Positions 1 through 8,324 of a stretch of 24,000 nucleotides of DNA are shown piece after piece. The notes beneath the pieces were generated by a model, which was not told the origin of the DNA, made no database searches, and worked only from the letters and a program-made list of their open reading frames with translations. A program made the position numbers and the translations under genes. The stretch is from NCBI RefSeq assembly GCF_030297015.1, contig NZ_AP028056.1, positions 234,939 to 258,938 of the forward strand, in the 5' to 3' direction. Origin of the DNA: Brooklawnia propionicigenes. GTDB lineage: Bacteria; Actinomycetota; Actinomycetes; Propionibacteriales; Propionibacteriaceae. How positions within the stretch are numbered: position 1 is the first letter of the stretch; every line of letters begins with the position of its first letter.

Positions 1-543
1 CTGGTGGCCCACCGATCATCAGCGGTAGCTATCAGCTCGGGTGGGCTCAATCGCTCAGGTCTTGATTTGAGTGGGGACACGCTAGCTCCTTTGCTCGAAT
101 GAACGTCGATAGCCGAGGCCCTGGGGTTTCGACGGGGAGCTTGAAAACGGACGGCGGGCAGGTGCCACGAACCGCTCCTGCCAGTCGGCTGCCATCAAGA
201 CCGCTACGATCCGTTCGGGCATCGTGGTCCAGATACCGTCGAATGCCCCCGGACATCTCACCGATCAGGGCATTGACGAGATTGCTCCCGCCTTTGGTGG
301 AGACACCTGTCCAGGACGCTGATCGGCCGGCTTCACGACGACACATGCCGTTCCTGCGAGAGCTCAGCAACTTCGCTGCTACTGCTTAACCGCAGGATAC
401 AACCGACAGCGCTGTTAAGGGCGTTCTCAGGGACAGGCAGCCCGCCTCGGAACAGCCGGCAGACTCGCGCGGGAGACATCGTCCCGTCGGCAGCTGCCGG
501 TGCACACTGCTGCTCGATCCGGGCGATGGCAGGCCACGCCAGC

Positions 544-1686
544 TCAGTGCGGACGAAGGACTGCCACGCACTCCATGTGATGGGTCATCGGGAACAAATC
601 GAATGCGCGCAACGATTCCAGCCGGTAGCCGCAGGTGGCGAAGGTGGCCAGATCGCGCGCCAACGCAGCCGGATCGCAGGCCACATAGGCGATCCCTGTG
701 GGTTCCAGCCCCGCCAGCTGCCTCACCACACCGGCACCAGCGCCGGTACGTGGAGGATCCAGGACGATCAGGTCCGTCTTCTTGGCAAGCCGAGAGCCGG
801 CCTTGTCCACCCGCATCGCATGGAAGCGCGCCTGCGGAACGTTGAGCTTGGCCAGTTCGATGGCCGAACGGCTGGCCTCGATACCGGTCACCCGACAGCC
901 TGCGTCCACCAGCGCGCCGGCGAACAGCCCGCAGCCGCAGTACAGATCGGCGACCTGCTCCCCCGCCTTCGGGTTCAAGCCATCGAGCACAGCAGCGGTC
1001 AAGGTTTCGGCCGCGCCCGGATGCACCTGCCAGAACCCGTCGGCCCGCACCCGGTAGGCACGGCCACCGACATGTTGAGTAACGATCTGGCTGCCGGTCA
1101 GTAGCTCGCCACCTGGGCCGAGCACCGTGCAGCCGTCGTCCGATATCACGACCTGCAGCTCGCCGTCGTGTCCAGCAAACCGGCCGAGATCGGCAGGCCC
1201 GCCCGGGTGCGCAATCCGGCAGCCGCCCACGGGCAGCTCCACCAGTTCGTCCGAACGCCAGGCTCGCAAGCCCACCCGATGATCGCGAACCAGATAGCGC
1301 ATCCTGGTCCGCCAGCCGAGGCCGTCGGCATCACCGGGCACCGGCTCCACAGTCACGTCGATATCCAGTCCAGCCAGCCGGCGCAGCTGTTCGGCCAGTA
1401 CCTGCGCCTTCAGCTCGCGTTGCCGAGGCACCGCAACATGCTGAAAGTCGCAGCCCCCGCAGCGGCCGGCTACCGGGCACGGTGGGATCACCCGGTCGGG
1501 ACTCGCCTCAATGACCTCGGCGACCTCGCCCCACCACATGCGCGGCTTGGAATCGTCGGTGATGCGCACCCGCACCCGCTCACCCGGAATGCCGTACCGG
1601 ACGAACACCACGCGCCCGTCGAGCCGAGCGACGCAGTGACCGCCGTGGGCTATCGGGCCCAACTCGACGCAGGGATAGTCCGCCAT
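544..1686 (-). CDS. class I SAM-dependent RNA (uracil-5) methyltransferase with N-terminal TRAM-like domain (TrmA/RlmD-RumA family)
   Basis: ORF 544..1761 trimmed to the ATG at 1686 (MADYPCVELGPIAHGG...). Motifs: Cys cluster CPVAGRCGGCDFQH, SAM-binding DLYCGCGLFAG, VLDPPRTGAG and YVACDPAALARD, all typical of RumA/TrmA-type methyltransferases. Confidence 0.9.
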   Translation of the reverse strand: MADYPCVELGPIAHGGHCVARLDGRVVFVRYGIPGERVRVRITDDSKPRMWWGEVAEVIEASPDRVIPPCPVAGRCGGCDFQHVAVPRQRELKAQVLAEQLRRLAGLDIDVTVEPVPGDADGLGWRTRMRYLVRDHRVGLRAWRSDELVELPVGGCRIAHPGGPADLGRFAGHDGELQVVISDDGCTVLGPGGELLTGSQIVTQHVGGRAYRVRADGFWQVHPGAAETLTAAVLDGLNPKAGEQVADLYCGCGLFAGALVDAGCRVTGIEASRSAIELAKLNVPQARFHAMRVDKAGSRLAKKTDLIVLDPPRTGAGAGVVRQLAGLEPTGIAYVACDPAALARDLATFATCGYRLESLRAFDLFPMTHHMECVAVLRPH

Positions 1687-1784
1687 GGCATCTTCTCGGG
1701 TCTGAGTGTTCACCTCACTGCTCCGACCCAGCGGACGAGAGGCTGAGCCGGCCGGTGGCATCCACCATGAATCGGCGTCAGGGA

Positions 1785-2600
1785 TCAGCCCTCGGCCCGG
1801 GAGGCCTTCTCCGCCCCGGCATCCTTGGTGGCCACCGAGCTTGGCAGCGTCATCGGGATCAGGTCGCCTGGCACCCGCGGCTCCGAATCGCGGCGGACCA
1901 CCGCGTTACTGAAGAACTCATAGACCAGTTCCGAGACACCCTCGATACCCGACGCCCGGCCGGCCTCTCCCATCACCACTCCGCGCAGCATCCAGCGCGG
2001 ACCCTCGGCAAACCAGGTGCGCGAGATGTGCACCACCCTGTTGCCCTTGGGGTCGGTCATGGGGATGACCCGCCGCACCTCGGTGCCGAAGGGCCCCTCG
2101 GCGAGGGTTGCCTTGCCGCCCGCCTTCTCAGTGGCAGCGATCATCTCATTGCGGATGTCTCCCACCATCGACGTGTGGGCCGGTGCAGCGAACAGGGCGA
2201 CCTCGATTGCCGATGCGCCGGCCATCACCAGCGCTGCCTGCACCTTCTTGGTGCGCTGATCGACCTGCAGCTGCATCTGCATGCCCTCGAAAGGGGTCAG
2301 CACCACACAACCGAAATCGAGGCGCTCGATATCGTCGGCATCCAGATCGACCTCGGTGAGATCGAAGGGCCCGTCCTCACGCCAGTCACGGCTGGCATCG
2401 AGTGCCGCCCACTCGTCGATTTCTTCCTCGGCGTCATCGGACTCATCGCCGTCGGCAGCGGACGCGCCGGCCTCCGATTCCTCGGCGGCTGCGTCGTCGT
2501 GCGCCTCAGCGTCGTCCTCGAGCTCGTCGAGAGTCTCCTCATCGACAGCCGACTCGTCGTCCTGGTCAGCGTCGTTACGCTTCTTGCGGCCAAAGATCAC
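1785..2600 (-). CDS. DUF3710 domain-containing protein (conserved actinobacterial, dut-linked)
   Basis: ORF 1785..2708 trimmed to the GTG at 2600. This start is preceded by AAAAGGGGA about 6 nt upstream and lies 31 nt downstream of the dut stop. The protein has a highly acidic N-terminal tract followed by a conserved core (DGPFDLTEVD, LDFGCVVLTPFEGMQMQLQVD, PRWMLRGVV). Position next to dut matches the family as recalled. Confidence 0.85.
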   Translation of the reverse strand: MIFGRKKRNDADQDDESAVDEETLDELEDDAEAHDDAAAEESEAGASAADGDESDDAEEEIDEWAALDASRDWREDGPFDLTEVDLDADDIERLDFGCVVLTPFEGMQMQLQVDQRTKKVQAALVMAGASAIEVALFAAPAHTSMVGDIRNEMIAATEKAGGKATLAEGPFGTEVRRVIPMTDPKGNRVVHISRTWFAEGPRWMLRGVVMGEAGRASGIEGVSELVYEFFSNAVVRRDSEPRVPGDLIPMTLPSSVATKDAGAEKASRAEG

Positions 2601-2631
2601 GTTATGTCCCCTTTTAGAAATCGGTTCAAGA

Positions 2632-3123
2632 CTAACCGGCTGCGGGCGCCGAACCTGAATCGTCCCGCCAGGCCGTGACTCCGCCGGTCGAGCCATGGCC
2701 ATCGGCACCGCGCTCGCTGGTCGGCAATTCGTCGACCGGTTCGAAGTGGACGCGCAGCACCTGCTGGACGACCAGCTGAGCGATCAGGTCTCCGCGGTGC
2801 AGTTCGATCGGTGTTCTCTGGTCGGTGTTGAGCAGGCAGACCTTGATCTCCCCGCGGTAGCCGGCGTCTACGGTGCCCGGCGCATTGACGATCGTCAACC
2901 CGCTGCGAGCAGCAAGTCCCGAGCGAGGATGCACGAAACCCGCGTAGCCGTCCGGCAATGCGATCGAGACGCCGGTCGGCACCAGGACGCGCTGCCCCGG
3001 CTCGATCACCACGTCGACCGCGGTGGCCAGATCCGCTCCTGCATCGCCGGCGCGGGCGTAGGCGGGCAAAGGCAGCCCATCGTCGATCATCCGGATTGGG
3101 ACTACCAGCTCAGCTCCGCTCAC
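2632..3123 (-). CDS. dut: dUTP diphosphatase (dUTPase)
   Basis: 163-aa ORF with a GTG start. Motifs: [24 protein letters not shown], and a C-terminal glycine-rich [10 protein letters not shown] tail characteristic of trimeric dUTPases. Confidence 0.95.
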   Translation of the reverse strand: MSGAELVVPIRMIDDGLPLPAYARAGDAGADLATAVDVVIEPGQRVLVPTGVSIALPDGYAGFVHPRSGLAARSGLTIVNAPGTVDAGYRGEIKVCLLNTDQRTPIELHRGDLIAQLVVQQVLRVHFEPVDELPTSERGADGHGSTGGVTAWRDDSGSAPAAG

Positions 3124-3168
3124 CTGTGCAAGGTTAGTTCACGGTGCCGAGCCCAGCGGTGGCCTAGG

Positions 3169-3453
3169 ATGTCAGATGTGAGCGATGCAGCAGATAAGAG
3201 CAACCCGACCTCGGGCATTGAGTTCAAGATCATCGCGGGGGCTTTGGGTGCCGTCGCGACGTTCGCCGTCCAGAAGCTCATTCGGAGCGGTTGGAAGCAG
3301 ATCACCGGCCAGGAGCCGCCTGACCCCAACGACCCCGACGCCTCAGCTGTGGCAGCCATCGCCTGGGTGGCTGCGAGCGCGGTCGGTGTTTCGGTCGCCC
3401 AGGTAGTCACCCGACGGTTCGCCGCCAAGCGGTACCGCAGCCTCGGGCACTGA
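3169..3453 (+). CDS. DUF4235 domain-containing small membrane-associated protein
   Basis: ATG at 3169 inside track ORF 2695..3453; the upstream part of that ORF is antisense to dut. The 94-aa product (KLIRSGWKQITGQEPPDPNDPD...AWVAASAVGV...RRFAAKRY) matches the DUF4235 pattern as recalled. A strong terminator follows. Confidence 0.8.
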   Translation: MSDVSDAADKSNPTSGIEFKIIAGALGAVATFAVQKLIRSGWKQITGQEPPDPNDPDASAVAAIAWVAASAVGVSVAQVVTRRFAAKRYRSLGH

Positions 3454-3474
3454 ACGCCAGGTTTCGATCGTCAG

Positions 3475-3533
3475 AAGCCGAACTGCCCGACCCGTCAACC
3501 GTGAAGTTGACCGGCCGGGCAGTTCGGCTTTTT
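3475..3533 (+). terminator. rho-independent terminator (15-bp perfect stem plus T-tract)
   Basis: AAGCCGAACTGCCCG (3475-3489) pairs perfectly with CGGGCAGTTCGGCTT (3516-3530) and is followed by TTTTT. It lies 22 nt after the DUF4235 stop, between convergent genes. Confidence 0.75.
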
Positions 3534-3586
3534 CAGAGCGCGGCCGGTCCGACCGCGTTGAATAGGTCGAATAGAGGTGGAGAGAA

Positions 3587-3883
3587 CTAGACGCAGTCGA
3601 CGCAGTAGTCGAGCCCGCCGCGGGTCTCGGCAAGCTGACTGCGATGCTTCACCAGGAAGCACGACGCGCAGGTGAACTCATCGGCCTGACGCGGCAGTAC
3701 GCGGACGGTTAGTTCCTCATGGGAAAGGTCGGCGCCGGGCAACTCGAAGGCTTCAGCAGCCTCCACCTCGTCCTCGTCGACCTGGCCGGACTGTTTGTCA
3801 TTGCGGCGGCTCTTGAGCTCTTCGAGTGAGTCCTCACTCATCTCCTCATCGGACTTACGAGGAGCGTCGTAGTCAGTAGCCAT
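3587..3883 (-). CDS. DUF4193 domain-containing protein
   Basis: 98-aa ORF. N-terminus MATDYDAPRK with an acidic stretch, then the conserved ELPGADLSHEELTVRVLPRQADEFTCASCFLVKHRSQLA...CVDC zinc-ribbon-like C-terminus typical of actinobacterial DUF4193. Confidence 0.85.
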   Translation of the reverse strand: MATDYDAPRKSDEEMSEDSLEELKSRRNDKQSGQVDEDEVEAAEAFELPGADLSHEELTVRVLPRQADEFTCASCFLVKHRSQLAETRGGLDYCVDCV

Positions 3884-4115
3884 TGTGCCCTTCCGGAATG
3901 TGATGCATTCTTACTTGTCCTGCACGGCCAGCCATGTGGCTGTCGATGCATGTTGTACCATACCGGCACAAATTACCGAACCTGCCCCCAATCCCCAGAC
4001 ATCCAAGGCGGCGCGGCAGACGCACGTGCATTGGGCTTGAGGGGTAGGTTTACCTGGCAAGGATAGGGCGCGTTCGCGCGTCCAACAAGCAGCTCGACAT
4101 CAGGGAGACCGGCGA

Positions 4116-5354
4116 ATGGAAAGCGCACTGACGCCGCGCGAGATTCAGGCCCGGATTCGAGGCGGGGAATCTCTCGAGGAGGTCGCGCAGGCTGCGGGCG
4201 TTTCCGTCGAGCAGATCGATGCCTATGCGGGCCCGGTGCTCGCCGAACGGGAACATGCTGCCACCTTGGCACGTACTTCGCAGGTGCGCAGGCACCGCGA
4301 ATCGGGTGTTCAGCGGTTGCTCGGCGAAGTCGTGGCCGACGCATTGGCCGCCGAGGGGGTCGCCCCGGAGGAGATCCGCTGGGATTCCTGGCGCGACGAG
4401 AACCGCCGCTGGACGGTCCAGGTGAGCTGGCCGAGCAATGGCGAGCAGCAACACGCCGACTTCGATTTCGATCAGCGCGGTCGCTACTCGACGGCGAAAG
4501 ATGCCGGCGCCAAGAAACTCATCGGTGAGCGTCCGCCCCAGGCGAAGCGTCCCGGAACCCCCAATCCCGACGCCGAGCCGACCGTTGATCTGCACGACGA
4601 ATTGGCGATCGTGCGGGTTGTTCAAGACAACGCCGAACCCCCGGCCGTGTTGCCGGATGTCCCGGCGGCACGCATCATCAAGCTTCCCGGACGCGACCAG
4701 GACAACATCGACGACGAGCCCGACGACTACGTCGATCCCGAACTGGAGCAGTTCGACGGCGTCTACGACATCGTGTCGAATCCGCGTTCGGATATGGACG
4801 TGCTCTATGACATGCTGTCGGGCTTCAATGAGGACTCCGTGCGGATCTATACCGGACTCACCCAGCCGGTGAGCCCGCCGCCCGACCCTGAGCCCGAGGC
4901 GCAGCCGCGCTCAGCCCAGCGGCCGAGGCCGAGCGATCCCCGATCCCGGCGACGTGGCCGGACTGCCTCCGTGGCGGGTGAGCCCATCGAGGTCGCCCCA
5001 GCCGCCGATCAGCCGGCCGAACCTGACAAGCAACCCACCGATGCCGAGACGGCTCAGTCCGCAGCCACCCCGCCGGAGTCGGCAGCCGCACCGGATTCCC
5101 GGGCCGGCGCCCACCCCAAAGCGGCAACGCCGCGGGCCAAGGCGACCCACAAGCCGGCCACGCCGAGACCGAAGCCGGCCCAGGCGGCCGCACATGCCGA
5201 GCAGGCATCGGCCGAGCCCGAACAGGACGCCTTGGTGAGCGGCCCCGAGGAGCAGACAACTCCCAAACCGCGCAAGCGACGCAAGCGCGCGTCAGTGCCC
5301 ACCTGGGACGAGATCATGTTCGGCGCTCCGCCGCCATCGGATCCGTCCAACTGA
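4116..5354 (+). CDS. sepH: SepH-like septation protein (DUF3071 family), N-terminally short form
   Basis: GGGAG SD 8 nt before the ATG at 4116. LTPREIQARIRGGESLEEVAQAAGVSVEQIDAYAGPVLAEREHA is the DUF3071 HTH core. RWDSWRDENRRWTVQVSW matches the conserved beta region. A long Pro/Ala/Lys-rich disordered tail ends in KPRKRRKRASVPTWDEIMFG, the conserved C-terminal patch of SepH homologues. Confidence 0.8.
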   Translation: MESALTPREIQARIRGGESLEEVAQAAGVSVEQIDAYAGPVLAEREHAATLARTSQVRRHRESGVQRLLGEVVADALAAEGVAPEEIRWDSWRDENRRWTVQVSWPSNGEQQHADFDFDQRGRYSTAKDAGAKKLIGERPPQAKRPGTPNPDAEPTVDLHDELAIVRVVQDNAEPPAVLPDVPAARIIKLPGRDQDNIDDEPDDYVDPELEQFDGVYDIVSNPRSDMDVLYDMLSGFNEDSVRIYTGLTQPVSPPPDPEPEAQPRSAQRPRPSDPRSRRRGRTASVAGEPIEVAPAADQPAEPDKQPTDAETAQSAATPPESAAAPDSRAGAHPKAATPRAKATHKPATPRPKPAQAAAHAEQASAEPEQDALVSGPEEQTTPKPRKRRKRASVPTWDEIMFGAPPPSDPSN

Positions 5355-5368
5355 CCGCCGACCTGCGG

Positions 5369-5402
5369 AGGCGCCGTCCGCCCCTGACCCGGACGGCGGC
5401 CT
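5369..5402. terminator. GC-rich hairpin between convergent genes (possible bidirectional terminator)
   Basis: GCCGTCCG (5373-5380) pairs with CGGACGGC (5390-5397). The stem is extendable with one bulge to AGGC/GCCT. No clear T-tract. It overlaps the stop codon of the minus-strand phosphatase gene. Confidence 0.4.
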
Positions 5403-6556
5403 CAGTCGGCGGTGAGCTGATCGATCAGCAGTGGGACGCGCATTTCCTCGGGTGTGAGTGAACCGTGCTGGCCCACCAGTGTCAGCTCGCCGGGCCGGGT
5501 CAGCGTCATGATTGCCCAGTCCCCCAGCAACGCCACCAGAACGTCCCCGATACGGTCCCGCATGCGGTCATCGACGGTCCCGAACCAGCCCTCGTCGATT
5601 GCTTCGTCACGGGTGCGGACGATGGCCCGCTCCCCCAGCCAGCGTCGCCATCGCGTGGCGACTTCGTCCGGACGATCGCAGTAGAGCTGGCGCAACCGTC
5701 CCTCTCCCCCGATCAGGTCCAGTCCGTTGGTTAACACCGGCGTGTCCTCGATGACGATCTGGTGGTTGCTCGGCACATCGACCATGCCGTGATCACCGGT
5801 GACGATCAGGCAGGTCTGGGGATCGAGCGCGCTGCGCAGCTGCTCGATCCAGGCATCGATCTCATCGAGGGTCTGATTCCATGCCTCCGACAGGCACCCC
5901 ATGCCGTGACCAGCATGATCGAGCCGGCGCTCATAGGCATAGACGAACGACCGTTCTCCCACCCTCGAGGCCGCCACGATCTGTTCGATGCGCAGGCTGG
6001 TGTCGTTCTCGTCGATCAAACCAATGAAGCGAGAGCCCCGCAGCGCGGCCTGTGTCAGACCCGAGTCCTCGAACTTGGCCAACGACACCGTGCTGACGGC
6101 TATCTGCGGATGAGCCTCCAGCTTCTCGAACCAGGTGGGTTGCGGCTGAAAAGTGAGTGGATCGAGCCGGTCGTCCCAGGTGAGAGCGTTGATGATCTCG
6201 CCCAGCGCACGAAACGAGTAGCCGACGATGCCGTGGCGTCCGGGAACCGTCCCGGTACCGATCGAGCTCAGCGAGGTGGCGGTCGTGGACGGTACGCCGC
6301 TGGTCAGCCCGATAGCTCCCTCGAGCAGACTGCCCAGATAGGGGGCCCGAAACCGCTGCCGGATCAGCAGATCGTGGCCCAGCCCGTCGACCATGACCAT
6401 GACGTAACGCCGGGCCTGCGGTATGCCGAGCACGTCACGGCAGTCCTCGGCATTGCCCGGTAGCCCCGGCAGCCCCGCGAGGAGATGTGACGCGACGGCC
6501 GGCAAGACCTCCGTCAGAGTGGATCTGCCGTAGTCGGGAAGCTGAATGCGCGCCAC
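5402..6556 (-). CDS. alkaline phosphatase / nucleotide pyrophosphatase-phosphodiesterase family protein
   Basis: ORF 5402..6751 trimmed to the GTG at 6556, 2 nt after the upstream DUF5998 stop, which suggests coupled translation. Motifs: VMVMVDGLGHDLL, TSGVPSTTATSL, RLDHAGHGMG, LIVTGDHGMVD, the metal and nucleophile motifs of the AlkP/NPP superfamily. Confidence 0.85.
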   Translation of the reverse strand: MARIQLPDYGRSTLTEVLPAVASHLLAGLPGLPGNAEDCRDVLGIPQARRYVMVMVDGLGHDLLIRQRFRAPYLGSLLEGAIGLTSGVPSTTATSLSSIGTGTVPGRHGIVGYSFRALGEIINALTWDDRLDPLTFQPQPTWFEKLEAHPQIAVSTVSLAKFEDSGLTQAALRGSRFIGLIDENDTSLRIEQIVAASRVGERSFVYAYERRLDHAGHGMGCLSEAWNQTLDEIDAWIEQLRSALDPQTCLIVTGDHGMVDVPSNHQIVIEDTPVLTNGLDLIGGEGRLRQLYCDRPDEVATRWRRWLGERAIVRTRDEAIDEGWFGTVDDRMRDRIGDVLVALLGDWAIMTLTRPGELTLVGQHGSLTPEEMRVPLLIDQLTAD

Positions 6557-6558
6557 CG

Positions 6559-7146
6559 TCAGTGCACCCGCTGCTGCAGGGCCGTGCCGAACTCGACCAG
6601 TCGCTGAACGTTCTCGGCGCCATCGGAGACCGGGCTCATCCGGATCACCATGTCCTCGGCCACATCCGATCCCTGGAAACCGTGATCGGCCGTGCACGAT
6701 GGGTCGCCGCAGGTTGCCGGCTCCAGATCGATCCTGCGAACGGTGCTCCAACTGAGCGTCAACCAGGTCTCCACGGTCTGGGCGCCCGCGCTGCCGAAGT
6801 GCTCGGGCTGCGAGATGACCCGGGTGAGCGCGACCGCGCCGAGCAGCCGCAGCGGTACGGACTCGGTGGAACTGATGGCGGTGGCGTTGGCCGGATCATC
6901 GGTGTGTTCATCGGTGTGACAGACGATCAACCTGGTCGCGGTCAGCACGAGCACCGACAGATGACGGCCGATTCCCTCGGGAGCGAAGGTGGCCTCATGG
7001 TGGACGAGAAAGACATCCACGGGCTCCCTGCCGAGGGCCAGTGCAACCGAATCCGCGACCAGCTGGGGAAAGAACCCGCAGTCGTTGATCTGGGTCTGCA
7101 GCGGTTCCGGGAGCTGGCCGGGGCTGGTCTTCACTTCTCGCCTCAC
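6559..7146 (-). CDS. DUF5998 family protein
   Basis: 195-aa ORF with a GTG start, sitting directly upstream of and coupled to the AlkP-family gene as in other actinobacteria. Sequence (INDCGFFPQLVADSVALALG..., VLVLTATRLIVCHTDEH) matches the family as recalled. Confidence 0.75.
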   Translation of the reverse strand: MRREVKTSPGQLPEPLQTQINDCGFFPQLVADSVALALGREPVDVFLVHHEATFAPEGIGRHLSVLVLTATRLIVCHTDEHTDDPANATAISSTESVPLRLLGAVALTRVISQPEHFGSAGAQTVETWLTLSWSTVRRIDLEPATCGDPSCTADHGFQGSDVAEDMVIRMSPVSDGAENVQRLVEFGTALQQRVH

Positions 7147-7224
7147 CCCATCATCTTGCCACTAGACGGCCATCCGCACGCTGGAGGTCCCACGCGACCG
7201 TCCGTGGTCGCTACGCTGGAGCCC

Positions 7225-8277
7225 ATGGAGTCGCAACAGTTCGTCGGTACACGAATCGACGACTTCATCACCGACAGGGTCGCCCGCTTCCTGCGCAAGC
7301 GCGGATGGCGGGAGGCGATCATCCCGTTCACCGGCTACGGCAGCGCCGATCATGTGCGCGTGCTGGGACGCCTGGTGCTGCGTCCGGTCAGAGCCCGCAG
7401 CTACTTCGGGATGTACGCCGAGGCGTTCCTGCACCAGCGCGGCTGGCGCAACTTCATCAGCGCCCCGGTGCCGCGCCGGCCGGTGACCGTCAAGGTCGGC
7501 GACGAGGACCTCGAGCTGGTGACCGACCGCAGCGGCTACATCGACGTGACGGTCAAGGGCTCAGCGCTTGAGGGTGGCTGGCAGGAGGTCACGCTCAGTA
7601 CCGCGGAGGCGCCGGACGCCACCGCTCCGGTGCAGGTCGTTGATTCAGCTCAGCAGTTCGGGCTGATCAGCGACATCGACGACACCATCTTGTCGACCTG
7701 GCTACCGCGTGCGCTGCTGGCCGCGTGGAACTCGTTCGTGCTCACCGAAGGCAACCGCCAGGCGGTGCCGGGCATGGCCCGCATGTACCAGAAGCTGCTC
7801 GCCGAGCATCCGGGAGCTCCGATCGTCTACGTGTCGACGGGGGCGTGGAACACCATGCCGTTCCTCAGCCGGTTCATGAAGCGGCATGGGTTTCCCGATG
7901 GTCCGATGCTGCTGACAGATTTCGGTCCGACTCAGACGGGCTGGTTTCGCAACGGTGCCAACCACAAGCGCCGTGCGCTTGCCGAGCTGGCTCGGGATTT
8001 CCCGCACATCAAGTGGGTGCTGGTCGGCGATGACGGCCAGCACGATCCGGCGATCTACCGCGAGTTCGCGGAGCTGCGGCCCGAGCATGTGGAGTTGATC
8101 GCGATCCGGCGGCTTTCGTCCACCGAGCAGATCCTGGCGCACGGCACCGCGACGGTGCTGCGCGATTCGGCTGACCTCGAATGGGAGCCCTCCGCGGTCA
8201 CGCAGGTCTCCGGGGTCGACGGAGACGATCTCGCTCCGCAGGTGTGGCGGGCGATCGAATCCGACCAGTCCGACTAG
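7225..8277 (+). CDS. APP1-like (DUF2183) phosphatase domain protein, HAD-type DxDxT
   Basis: Track ORF 6487..8277 trimmed to the ATG at 7225; the upstream portion is antisense to DUF5998. GLISDIDDTILST is the DIDDT catalytic motif of phosphatidate-phosphatase APP1-type domains. LVGDDGQHDPAIY is the second HAD-like motif. The start is uncertain; GTG 7204 is an alternative. Confidence 0.8.
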   Translation: MESQQFVGTRIDDFITDRVARFLRKRGWREAIIPFTGYGSADHVRVLGRLVLRPVRARSYFGMYAEAFLHQRGWRNFISAPVPRRPVTVKVGDEDLELVTDRSGYIDVTVKGSALEGGWQEVTLSTAEAPDATAPVQVVDSAQQFGLISDIDDTILSTWLPRALLAAWNSFVLTEGNRQAVPGMARMYQKLLAEHPGAPIVYVSTGAWNTMPFLSRFMKRHGFPDGPMLLTDFGPTQTGWFRNGANHKRRALAELARDFPHIKWVLVGDDGQHDPAIYREFAELRPEHVELIAIRRLSSTEQILAHGTATVLRDSADLEWEPSAVTQVSGVDGDDLAPQVWRAIESDQSD

Positions 8278-8324
8278 GGTGTGCATGTCGCACAGGGAAA
8301 GCTAGCAGGAGAAGTCGTCGCTAC

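Noticed and set aside
47-389. Track ORFs 47..370 (-) and 99..389 (+), and a 48-aa minus ORF 333..479 with a faint XRE-HTH-like pattern
   Set aside because: None has a recognisable family signature. The starts are TTG or weak, third-position GC is mediocre, and the HTH-like frame has no start codon upstream of residue 22 of the putative domain. Left uncalled.
1755-2678. 307-aa plus-strand ORF
   Set aside because: Opposite the DUF3710 gene. His/Arg/Gly/Leu-rich with no recognisable domain.
4050-4625. 191-aa minus-strand ORF and neighbouring ORF 3973..4344
   Set aside because: Both overlap the SepH-like gene and its promoter region in antisense and have no recognisable features.
6487-7224. N-terminal 246 codons of the 596-aa track ORF 6487..8277
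   Set aside because: This part is antisense to the DUF5998 gene and the 5' end of the AlkP gene and has an Arg/Gly/Pro-rich, non-protein-like composition. The recognisable APP1-like sequence begins only at MESQQFVGTRIDDF (7225).
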